A stretch of 62,708 nt of DNA, the filler included, from Diploschistes diacapsis (lineage: Eukaryota), in assembly GCA_023645945.1 (NCBI GenBank). It is 9 parts of 9 records of this genome, joined end to end, with 100 filler letters (N's around TTAATTAATTAA, not from the genome) between each part and the next. Parts side by side here need not be neighbours in the genome. Positions count along the whole stretch, not along the records: positions 1 to 24,110 come from JALAIB010000247.1; 8 more parts are not named here. One strand, written 5' to 3'. This document shows positions 1 through 10,059 of the stretch, one piece after another. The notes under the pieces were generated by a model. That model was not told the origin of the DNA, ran no database searches, and saw nothing but the letters and a program-made list of their open reading frames with translations. The position numbers and the translations under genes were made by a program. Position 1 is the stretch's first letter; every line of letters starts with the position of its first letter.

Positions 1-341
1 AGGGAGAGGGAGAGAGGTGTGTGCGGTGCGATGTCCGAGCTCGCGAGCTGATATTATTATGTGTAAGTATTTTTGTAGTATTCTATTCTGCTGGTGAAGA
101 TCCCTTCCAGGCTGTGACGGAGCCCCTTACAAATAATACCAGCGGAGGCTGGTTCCAGATCGGCATGCTCGAGAAGCCCGCCGACATGAGGAGCGTCGTC
201 TAGGACGGCTACTCAGAACCGCACATCCATGGGGGTACAATCTACAGGGGGATATTGATGGAAGACAGCCGCAACGGCTGCATTCCAAAGTAAAATAAAA
301 TAAAAGCTCTACAAACACAGAACAACCCAACATCATTTCGA

Positions 342-1631
342 TTAGGGGATATTGATGTTCTCGTCCGGCCACTGGTTGTTGAGATAGGTCTCCGTGAAGT
401 AGGGAGCGATGTAGGAGCAGTTCCACTTGCCCGGCTCCTGCGTCGAATTGCGGCATTCGATGCCCTTCTGGTACCTCTCGATCGTGTCCCTATGAAAGGG
501 CTGCCATAGCTTCTTCATTTCCAGCAAATTGCTCATCACGTGCGCCGCCCCTACTTTTTCCAGCCCGAATACGTCCCTGCCAGCCTTCGGCAGCCGCGAC
601 ACGTAGTAGACCTTGATGTCCCCATCGCCCGCCATGCTGTCCATGAGCGACAGCGCCTCGTACAGCTCTGGGAGGCCGCCCACGTAGGGATTATGGAACT
701 TCTCCGGCACGTCCGGCATGCCTGCGAGCATGGCGTGCTTGGTGCTCCGGTAGCCTAGCTCGCGCCAGCGCTCCTTGTCCCAGTCGATGACGCAGTCCGT
801 CTGCATCTTGCGCTTCAGACCCTTTCTGCAATACTTCAGTGGCGGTTTGCCCATGACGACGCCCATGCCGCACGACGGCCGGTGGTTCCAGACCTGGTCC
901 GTTGGCATGTACGGTTCGTAGGACCAGAAGAAGACTCGCCGGCATATCGCCTGCTCGGCGCCGTACTCGGCCATCGCATCAAAACATGTCTCGCATCCGG
1001 CGCGGCAGTGCTCCGGGTCCTCCCAGCCGCCGTCGAGGCCCATGTAAACGGTGTAGTTGGAGTAATGCTTGACGCTGCTGTTTTGGTAGATATCGGATAC
1101 CTGGGAGCCGCAGGAGATGAGCTGGGGGTCGCCGTAGGTCCAGGGTTTGTGCAGTAGGTCCGTACAGTTTTTTGGAAGGGGCGAAGAGGGAGGGCTGGCT
1201 TCGTATGCAAGGGGGGGAAAGTGCTGGCGGGTATTGGGCTTGACGTGGATGCAGTAGCGGAGGAAATCATCGTGTTTGTCCAGATCTGGGTGGGGATCTT
1301 TGAGGTTTTGGAGACCGGCGCGCCAACTTTGTTTGTTGGTGCGTGGGACATCGTGGACAAAGTTCCACGGGTATTGGGATGCGAGAATGCCTTCGTAGCC
1401 TTTTGGTGGGTTGTATGTGCCTGGTGGCAAAGCTCTCATCCCGTTGTCGTCGATGGGGCCTGCATGGAACGTATCGTTCGGACCCGGATCATACTCCCAA
1501 TCTACAGGATCTTGAGGGAAGGGTCCTTTGGGGTTGTCCTTCGGAGGCAGGGTTGGACCTGTTTTATTCGCATGCTTAAGAGGCGCCCAAATGATCCCCT
1601 CTAAGAGAAAAAGAGCGAGAACTATGCGCAT
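342..1631 (-). CDS. Hypothetical secreted Cys-containing protein (~430 aa)
   Basis: Long uninterrupted ORF. ATG at 1631 gives a signal-peptide-like start (MRIVLALFLLEGIIWAPL), then a Pro-rich N-terminus and a Cys cluster (HCRAGCETC...ICRR...SCG). Strong GC3 bias supports coding. Family not recognised. Confidence 0.7.
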   Translation of the reverse strand: MRIVLALFLLEGIIWAPLKHANKTGPTLPPKDNPKGPFPQDPVDWEYDPGPNDTFHAGPIDDNGMRALPPGTYNPPKGYEGILASQYPWNFVHDVPRTNKQSWRAGLQNLKDPHPDLDKHDDFLRYCIHVKPNTRQHFPPLAYEASPPSSPLPKNCTDLLHKPWTYGDPQLISCGSQVSDIYQNSSVKHYSNYTVYMGLDGGWEDPEHCRAGCETCFDAMAEYGAEQAICRRVFFWSYEPYMPTDQVWNHRPSCGMGVVMGKPPLKYCRKGLKRKMQTDCVIDWDKERWRELGYRSTKHAMLAGMPDVPEKFHNPYVGGLPELYEALSLMDSMAGDGDIKVYYVSRLPKAGRDVFGLEKVGAAHVMSNLLEMKKLWQPFHRDTIERYQKGIECRNSTQEPGKWNCSYIAPYFTETYLNNQWPDENINIP

Positions 1632-2269
1632 TTTGATTAGAAAGAAACACAAGCAGGAACACAGGGTATCATAAAATTTCGGGACTGCCTGAAGTGAGAC
1701 CACTGTAGGAGATAGGAATCAAAGTTATGGGGACAGCATCGACTTCTCGTCAAGCCATTCAGGCATGTAACACCTACATTTAGGCCTACAGGTTTTTCAG
1801 TGCTTTGACCACTTTTGGTAGAAGATAGGACCAATGTCATTGCACCGTCCAAACACGCGAGCAATAAACCATGGAACATCAATCTGTATTGCTAGAAAGG
1901 CGCAAGATGATGAAGAAGTCGAATAAATCGTGAAGGTTTGATGAAGCAGAGTATGCATCGAAAAACCAAGTAGTGGCCTGCGGCTCTTATGACCGTTAAA
2001 TCCGCAGCCACTGGTAGAGACATCCAGGCGGAATTAAAACTGACTGCTTTTCATAGATTACAGTACGCTACGTGAAGATCAAAAAGAAAGTTACAGATGC
2101 GAATGTAAAAGAAATCGAACAAAATCATAAGATACTGGTTTAAAGTATTTCGTGCTCACTTTTGAAGGTGTGGTGTAGCTAGAAAACCCGCTTAAATCTG
2201 TTCAAATTCTCCGCACAGTCAACTTTTGTGAATCGCATACAATTTTATCAAGTTGTCTCGACAGGCGAT

Positions 2270-3366
2270 ATGAGACCAATATTACTCCAAGGGCACGAAC
2301 GTGCTCTCACTCAAATCAAGTACACTCGCGATGGTGATATTATCTTCTCTACAGCAAAAGATCAGATAATCTGTGCTTGGTTTTCAGCAAACGGTGAGCG
2401 ACTTGGTACCTATGGCGGCCACCAAGGTGCGCTATGGTCAGTCGATGTCGACCCCTCCACCACCCTGCTCGCCTCCGGCGCCGCTGACAACACGATGAAA
2501 CTTTGGGAAGTTCGAACTGGCAAATGTTTGATGACTTGGGAGTTTCCCACGGCTGTGAAGAGAGTCGAGTTCTCCGAGGATGGAAAAAAACTATTAGGAG
2601 TTACGGAGAAGCGAATGGGACATCTCGCCACTATTGTCGTATTTGATATCGATGTCGACGTCAATGCCGAACAGACGACCGAGCCGGTATTGACTATCAC
2701 ATGTGAGGATGCGAAGGCGACCGTGGCGGGTTGGAGCTTCCTAAGCAAATACATAATCGCAGGACACGAAGACGGGAGTGTTTCACAATATGATGGGGAG
2801 GTCAGTATTTGTCTACGACTTATGACTATACCGTGTGCCTTGCTAACCGTATGCAGACCGGCGAACTGCTCTTTTCAGAACCCATCCACTCTGGCTGGAT
2901 CATGGATCTTCAGTGGAACCCTGACCGTACATATTTCATCACCGCATCCAAGGACAAGACTGCAAAGATTATATCCGCCCGCAATCTGTCCCTTATGAAA
3001 ACCTATCCAGCGGACACACCATTGAATACGGCAGTAATTACACCTAAGAAGGATTTCGTTATCCTTGGTGGAGGCCAGGCGGCTATGGATGTAACCACGA
3101 CTTCTTCACGACAAGGCAAGTTTGAAGCTAGGTTTTACCACAAAATATTTGAGGACGAAATCGGGCGTGTCAAGGGTCACTTTGGACCGCTTAATACCAT
3201 CGCCGTGGACCCTCAAGGTCGTGGCTATGCAAGTGGGGGTGAAGATGGATATGTGAGAGTGCATCATTTCGACAAAAGCTACTTTGACTTCTTGTACGAG
3301 GTGGAGAGGGAGGCGCAACGCAAGGCCCAACAGGAGGGTTATCGCGAAATTCCAGCTGCAGCCTGA
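2270..3366 (+). CDS. TIF34: Translation initiation factor eIF3 subunit i (WD40)
   Basis: [18 protein letters not shown] start and [25 protein letters not shown] end. One GT-AG intron at 2801-2856 joins the two ORF-track pieces. Confidence 0.96.
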
Positions 3367-3642
3367 TTCCCAAGCTATCTTTCATTTCTGTCGGAGACTG
3401 CTAGGTATTATCATGGATTGAGGCATATAGCACTGGCGTTTCTGCATCATGTTTAATTTATTTGAGGGAGAGGGCAGGAGTGATCTTTGGGGATGAGCGC
3501 AATACCCTATCAACATGACAATTGGCATCTGCTCTGTTCACACATTTATGCTACTCGCTGTTACTAGCCCTTCGTATTACTTTTGTTGCTGTAATAGTCT
3601 AATCGGTACATCAAATCAGTGTCTTGTAGTGATTTGTTCCCA

Positions 3643-3699
3643 TGAGTCAGGGTTTAGCCGCTAAGCGAGCTCACAGATAATCTAAATCCGCTTAGCGGC
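3643..3699. promoter_or_regulatory. RPL28 upstream element: TGAGTCA plus a perfect 11-bp inverted repeat
   Basis: TGAGTCA (Gcn4/CpcA/AP-1-type consensus) at 3643-3649. GCCGCTAAGCG (3657-3667) and CGCTTAGCGGC (3689-3699) lie 90-150 bp upstream of the ATG. Function is inferred. Confidence 0.4.
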
Positions 3700-3788
3700 G
3701 AAGTTCCACACCACGGCATCATATGCTTAAAGAATTGTGAGCCCTCTTTCGACATAGCAACACCCAACTCAACGCGTCGTCAGATACC

Positions 3789-4963
3789 ATGCCTACCCGC
3801 TTCTCGAAGACGAGGAAGCAGTAAGTGATGCCGATATTTGTAATTGGCCTGGCTAATCTTACGAATAGTCGAGGTCATGTCTCAGCAGGACAGTAAGCGC
3901 ACATCCCATGAGGGCATCAGTCTCTAGTCTTCGACCGGCTGTCGGATTCCTACTTCGTTTCAACAATACTGTCGAATACTACGGGAGCTCTCGCTGGTTG
4001 TTCCAAAGATTTACGACAACGAAATCGCCTATACTTCTGGACGTTAGGACTCAAAGCGAAAGCCCTCAAAATGCGACATTGTATGGGATATTCGCCTTAC
4101 CTAATTCAATGATCAGCCCACAAAGACTATCAGGGACTCTAGAGCTGCCGGATTAACGGCCAGCTCTGGCATAATTAGGAAGTATTTCATGGTACAACAC
4201 TATTGCTGGTGGTAGCCCGGAGTTCTTAACGCTTGGAAGGCGCATCTTGAACTTAGGCAATTCCTGCTAGCAATAGAAAACGTGGTTACTTTGCCGTGGC
4301 CGTGGCAGTCGGAGACTAGAAACTGATGCCTCTCCACACCGCTATCGTTGATGATCGCTGACGTTATCTACAGTGGCCGAGTGGGTAAACATAGGAAACA
4401 TCCAGGAGGTACTTCTTGCTCATCCTTATATAACACACCGAGAACCAAAGACTGACTATCTGGAAGGTGTCGGAATGGCCGGAGGCCAACACCACCATCG
4501 TACAAACTTGGACAAATACCACCCTGGTACGGACAGTGCTTCTGGTTCTCTCGAAGCTGCAAGGCTCATCATGGATTAGGTTACTTCGGAAAGGTCGGTA
4601 TGCGGTTCTTCCACAGACAAAAGAACCCTTTCTGGATGCCGGCGGTAAACCTGGACAAGGTATGTCCTTTGCGAAGTCGCTGCTAGAGAGATAGTCTGGA
4701 GGAGAGGGTAAAGCAGGCGCTAACATTTTATTTGCCGCTCACAGCTCTGGTCCCTCGTTCCCAGCGAAAAGCGTGAGGCCTATCTCTCCGACAAAAAGAG
4801 TGACACCGCACCCGTTCTCGACCTCGTCCCACTTGGATATGCAAAGGTTCTTGGCAAGGGCAGGATCCCTGAGGTTCCCATTGTCGTAAGGGCGCGGTAC
4901 TTCAGCAAGGAGGCGGAGAGGAAAATCAAGGAGGCTGGAGGAGTTGTCGAGCTGGTACCGTGA
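3789..4963 (+). CDS. RPL28: 60S ribosomal protein uL15 (L27a/L28), 6 exons
   Basis: Spliced translation [62 protein letters not shown]...LWSLVP...[39 protein letters not shown]. Five GT-AG introns; the second (~3893-4372) is ~480 nt. Confidence 0.95.
4100..4283 (+). ncRNA. Candidate intronic H/ACA-like snoRNA or structured RNA in RPL28 intron 2
   Basis: Hairpin 1: CCTAATT 4100-4106 / AATTAGG 4173-4179, with inner AGAGCTG-CCG / CGG-CAGCTCT. ANANNA box ACAACA at 4194-4199. Hairpin 2: CTATTGCTGG 4200-4209 / CTAGCAATAG 4267-4276, followed by AAA (ACA-box variant). No rRNA target identified. Confidence 0.45.
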
Positions 4964-5350
4964 GTGACTGGAAGGATCATAAGATTATCTTGCGTGGAGA
5001 CTGTTGTTTGCCTCAGGGAGTTACTTTATTTGGTAGCTAGGGAGAACGACGGATTTCGACAATTCCATGTTCATTGCTAGGTGAAAAAACTCAATTAGGT
5101 GGCACGAGATCTAATGAGCACATCCTGCTGGAATAATGCAAGTTTCTATGTGGCTGTTGCAGACGAGTGGATGGAGGGAAAGCTTCAGTTTTTTGCTCGA
5201 GGCCATGAGTAATGCTACCTAAAAATGCTAAGTACCTGACTGACCGATATTTTCACCCACCATAACCAACGCCAACGCTTGAACATGTCCTCAAGAAACT
5301 TGCCCAAACCAAAGAGGCAAATGCAGCCGTCATAGGTAATATGGAACCCC

Positions 5351-6788
5351 CTATACCTCCAACCCATCGTCCTCAAGATCCACCTTCAAGAAATCATGCT
5401 GCAGCGCCTCGCCTGCCGAGATCCTCCTCTTGGGATCCAAATCCAGACACCTCTCCAAGAACTTAATCGCCAGCATCTCGCCATACTCTAGCTTCTCTGA
5501 CCTCTCCTGCCCCTCGTCCCCGTTCCCCGTCCGGCACGTCGACCACAGGATCAGCTTCTCGAACGGAAACCCCTTCTCGCCCACCGTCGGGATCGTGCAG
5601 TCGAAGACGCTCCCGTGCAGCAGCGCGCACGCGCTCATCCGCCGCTTGCCGAAGATGGAGGTGATCTCGATCATGGCGTCGATGTCGTCGCTCGAGTTGA
5701 AAAAGGGGAAGCGCTGCGACAGCATGGTCAGCAGGATCACGCCCACGGACCAGACGTCGATCTTGGTCGTCTGCGACGTGCATTTGAGCAGGACTTCGGG
5801 CGCGCGGAAGCCGCGGGTGCCGGCGCGGTTGGCGCGGCGCGAGGGCCGCGTGTCGTTCTTGGGGAAGGCGGCGACGGCGGGGGGGTGCTTTGCGGCGTAG
5901 GAGTTTTCGATCTTGGTGCGGCGCCGCGTCGAGGTCTCGGTGCAGACGCAGTAGGACGTGTCGGTGCCCTCGCGCTCGGCGAGGCCGAAGTCGACGAGCA
6001 CGCCCTGCTCGCGGTGGACGTCGTAGAGGAAGTTGGTGGGCTTGATGTCGCGGTGGATGATGCCGGCTTTGTGCACGGCTTCGAGGGCGGTGAAGAGCGA
6101 GGTCAGGTAGGCTTGCATGTCGCGCGGGTCCATGCGGCGGAAGTACTCACGGAAGTCTTGGTGCTTGTAGTAGGGAAGGACGGCGACGACTTGGTCTTGG
6201 TAGCGGAAGGCGGTGATGAGGGGGCATATTGAGCTGGAGTCTCGCAGATCGTGGAGGAGCTCGAGTTCGTTGAGGATTCGGGATGGGCTGCTGGTCACGT
6301 AGATTTTCTTGATTGCGACGAAGCGGCTCTTGCTTCGTTGTGGTGCCTGGGTTCTGTCCACTGGTGAGGAAACCCAAGGCTTGGTATCCTCAAATTCTGG
6401 GTCCCAGTCGTTCTGGTGCTGCTGGTACAGGAGGTCTTCTGCTTTGTATACTGTTGAGAAAGTCCCTGGATGGCAACGTGTCAGAGAAGAATCACAGATC
6501 TGAGGGCAGCGCGTTACCTTCTCCGATCCTGTCAATCAAGCGATACTGCTTAGTAAGGTCGTTGAAAGATTCTTCGAACCTAGCAATATCGTCTAGAACC
6601 GACCGCGGAACAAGTGTATGATGTGTTTCCGATGAATCATCGCTAATCTGTTCGTCGACGCTCATAGCATCATCATCTTGCACGACTTCCTGGTGGTTCG
6701 CTCGTGTAACGTTCTGCGGAACATCTTCTAGCACGTTGAAGGGACTAGGTTCGCCAGTGGGAACCTTCATGGCTCTTGCTCTAGCCAT
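5351..6788 (-). CDS. CDC7: Cdc7/Hsk1 DDK serine/threonine kinase
   Basis: IGEG/TFSTVYKA, VAIKKIYVTSSPSRI, HRDIKPTNFLY, LVDFGLA, and the Cdc7-diagnostic RANRAGTRGFRAPEVLLKC. Intron at 6466-6517. Confidence 0.95.
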
Positions 6789-7743
6789 AGGGGTGGGGAA
6801 TACCTAGAGCGAGCTATGCGCCTACAAATAAATACCTTCTGCTAGGCGAGGCGCGTCACCTTAGCGCTGGTGATTTCCTTCATGGGGTCTAGCGACCTCG
6901 ATTCGGTTTAGCCTTCCACTTGCTGCTTCTAAAAAACGATGTCACCCACCATCTGCCTTCTGCCACCAGAGGCATCCAAATGATCATCTTACTGCTTCTT
7001 TTCTTTTTACGACTTGCTTGCAATGAATCTTTCACGTCTTTGAGATCGTTTGTCGGGCGCATCACGACTAGAGACTAGAAACATACTATTATTGTCTGTA
7101 TCAGCTTGTGTCTTGCTGCCTATTGCTCTTTCCCAAGCCCCTTGCTGTTGCCTTCTCGCCATCCCGCGTTGCTTTACATTCCGCGACTTCCTTGCCTTTT
7201 CTTTTCTTTCCTTTCTCTTTTCCCTCTCTCTTGTCTTTGCCGGTGCCTTGACTACTATGTCCCTCTTTGGCGGGTGTTGCATTTATCCTATCTTGGTAAA
7301 CGAGATAAAACCCATACCAAGAGAAAGCCGTCGTCTCGTTTTATTTTTGTTACTAGTATTCAAAAGCTTGAAGTGAGATCAGTCACTTTGGGAGGATGGA
7401 GCCCGCCTGCCTTGACATCATATACCCTGCCTACCTAGCTTCAAGGCGTTGATTGTTCCTCCTTACGAAACAATCTAGTCGTACCACTAACCAATAATTC
7501 ACGAATAGCCGCGACTAATTGTATCATCGCACTTACGGGAAAAATGGCTTGTGGAATTAATGTAGCTACCCCCACCTACAAATTTGTATGACCGGCTGAT
7601 GTAAGCCTTCCAGCCGCGCGTTCCACAATCCTCCTTGGTGACGTCGCGCTTATTTGAATGGCACACTAACCCCACATCACAGCACCGAATCTAAAATTTA
7701 TACACATTTTCGATCTTCAACTGTCAGCGCAAAGTCGCCAATA

Positions 7744-9810
7744 ATGGCAACCATTATACTTGGTTCGCAATGGGGTAGGTCTAGTTCATAACACTATTAT
7801 CAGCTTCTGCTAAGCATGCGCCCCTATCCTCTGGGCTTTAAATATGCTTCAACGTTTCAACAACTAAATTCCTATCGCATTTTATAGGTATTTTGAATTT
7901 GAGTTAACTTTTGTTTAGGAGACGAAGGGGTACGTGTGCGGTCCCAACTGACTTCCCAGTCCGATCTCTAGCGACTTGCTTGCTGTACATCGTACTGACT
8001 AAGTATCCTACCAACATAGAAGGGCAAGTTGACAGACCATCTTCTTTCAACGAACTCTTTCGACATCTGCGCACGGGCAACAGGTGGACATAATGCTGGT
8101 CACTCAGTTAAGTGAGATATTGCCTAGAGAACCTACAGAATAGTGGCTTAGACTTCTTCTGGAAGGGTCGGCACAGAATCATATTCTTTTCATCTGCTGC
8201 CATCCGGCCTTGCCTCGCCTAGCATAGACAACCTGATAGGCTCGGGCGTCGTTTTCAACATAGACGCCTTTTTCAAAGAATTGACCCAGCTTGAGTCCAA
8301 AGGTGTACCTCGCGTTCACGAGCGCATTCACGTTAGTTCACGGTGTCATTTGAACTTCGCATTACACGCTGCAGTGGATGCGACTTCAGAGCGACAATTA
8401 GGCAAAGGCCAGATCGGGACGACGAAACGTGGTATTGGCCCGTCCCAAAGTAGCAAAGCTGCACGAGATGGCTTGAGGGTCATTGACTTATACCACGAGT
8501 CCTTTGAGGAGAAACTTGCCTTACTCCATGAAGGATACCTCAAGCGATACGGCGAGCTCCTTGAATACTCGTTCGAGGATGAAGTTGAAAAGCTGAGAGC
8601 ATACAAGGAACAGTTACGTCCATATATCGTCGATGCCGTGGATTATATGAAAACAGTACAGGACAAGAAGCGCTCTTTGCTGGTTGAAAGTTCTCAAGCC
8701 CTAAGTATACTGACCTGACTGGCAAGCGTATTAAAGAATTGACTAATCAAGCTAGTGCTCGATTTGGACTATGGTAGCTACCCATACGTGACCTCGTCTT
8801 TTTGTGGAATCGGGGGTGCAATACAAGGGCTTGCGCTTAATCCTTTTGACATTAAGTAAGTGTGTCTTTGTTTGGCATCTGTGAAAGGGCAAAAATTGAT
8901 GTTGTAATCTGATCCATGTATCTCTGAGACGACTTACTCATGTGAAACTCTGTAGGGATGTTATTGGTGTTGTAAAAGCATATGTGAGCCTCGACCTTCT
9001 TCTAATGGGATGAAAATCCAAACCGGGTGCCAGTTTGCTGACGTGGTCTTTTCAAAGACAACTCGAGTCGGTGGTGGACCCTTTCCCTCGGAGCAGGAGG
9101 GAGATATTGGGAAGAAATTGCAAGAGATAGGGGGAGAAATCGTAAGCAGCTATTGGCATTCTTTCTGCGTTCTAGAATGATGGCTGATTTCCCCAGGGAG
9201 TTTCAACGGGAAGGAGGAGAAGATGTGGCTGGCTCGATCTTGTTGCCCTCAAATATTCGGCTGCCGTAAACCGTGAGGCCAACTGTCATTCCTTTAACTA
9301 CCCCCAGAATGATTCTGATCGAATACTATACAGACTATACCTCGATAAATTTGACCAAACGTCAGTATTATGAAGTCTCTCTTTGGCGTACTCGATAAAC
9401 TCACTTCAACCTTTTAGTCGACGTTCTGGACTCGTTTGAAACCATTCGAGTGGCAGTAGCGTATATTACATCAAGTGGAGAACGGCTTACGAGCTTTCCT
9501 GCAGACCTGAGCCTTGTACGTGACACTTCCATACGTTCTGCAATGCGCTACTTATCTAGCTCCTAGCTCGAGCATTGTAACGTTGAATATGTTGACTTTT
9601 CCGGCTGGAAATCCTCGTGCAGGGTAAAGAGTTGGCTTGATCTCCCTCCACAAGCAAGAAAGTACGTCGAGTTTATCGAGTGCTCGATCGGTGTCAAGGT
9701 ACGCATCAGCATGGCCTATACACAAATATTTTTGCGATTTTACTAACCTTAAGGAGGTCTCGTCAGTTGGCACTGGCCCCGACCGTCACGACATGGTTGT
9801 CCGAGATTAG
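7744..9810 (+). CDS. ADE12: Adenylosuccinate synthetase, ~12 exons
   Basis: Spliced motifs [89 protein letters not shown]. About 11 GT-AG introns, including an 11-nt exon at 7919-7929. Confidence 0.93.
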
Positions 9811-10059
9811 CATAAAGAATTCTGATTGGACATTGGGCTCAGAATTCATCAGCCGCAAGACGATTCGCCCAACAGTTTGCTTTCAAATACAATGTGTAAT
9901 TAGAGTCGAATTTGAGCATGAATTCATACACCAGTAAATATGGTAATAGAAGGGTATTCTTTGAAGTGTCTTCATAAAAGCTATTGAGTACTCGAGCAAG
10001 CGTAACATTCTCCCCGTAGGTACCTATCGATTATCTTCAAAACCAAATTAGGGTCCATG

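Noticed and set aside
21..203. Short plus-strand frame ending SGGWFQIGMLEKPADMRSVV*
   Set aside because: It could be the last exon of a gene outside the window, but there is no recognisable motif or clear acceptor.
7007..7282. Basic 91-aa ORF upstream of CDC7
   Set aside because: Arises from a low-complexity pyrimidine tract; no coding or family evidence.
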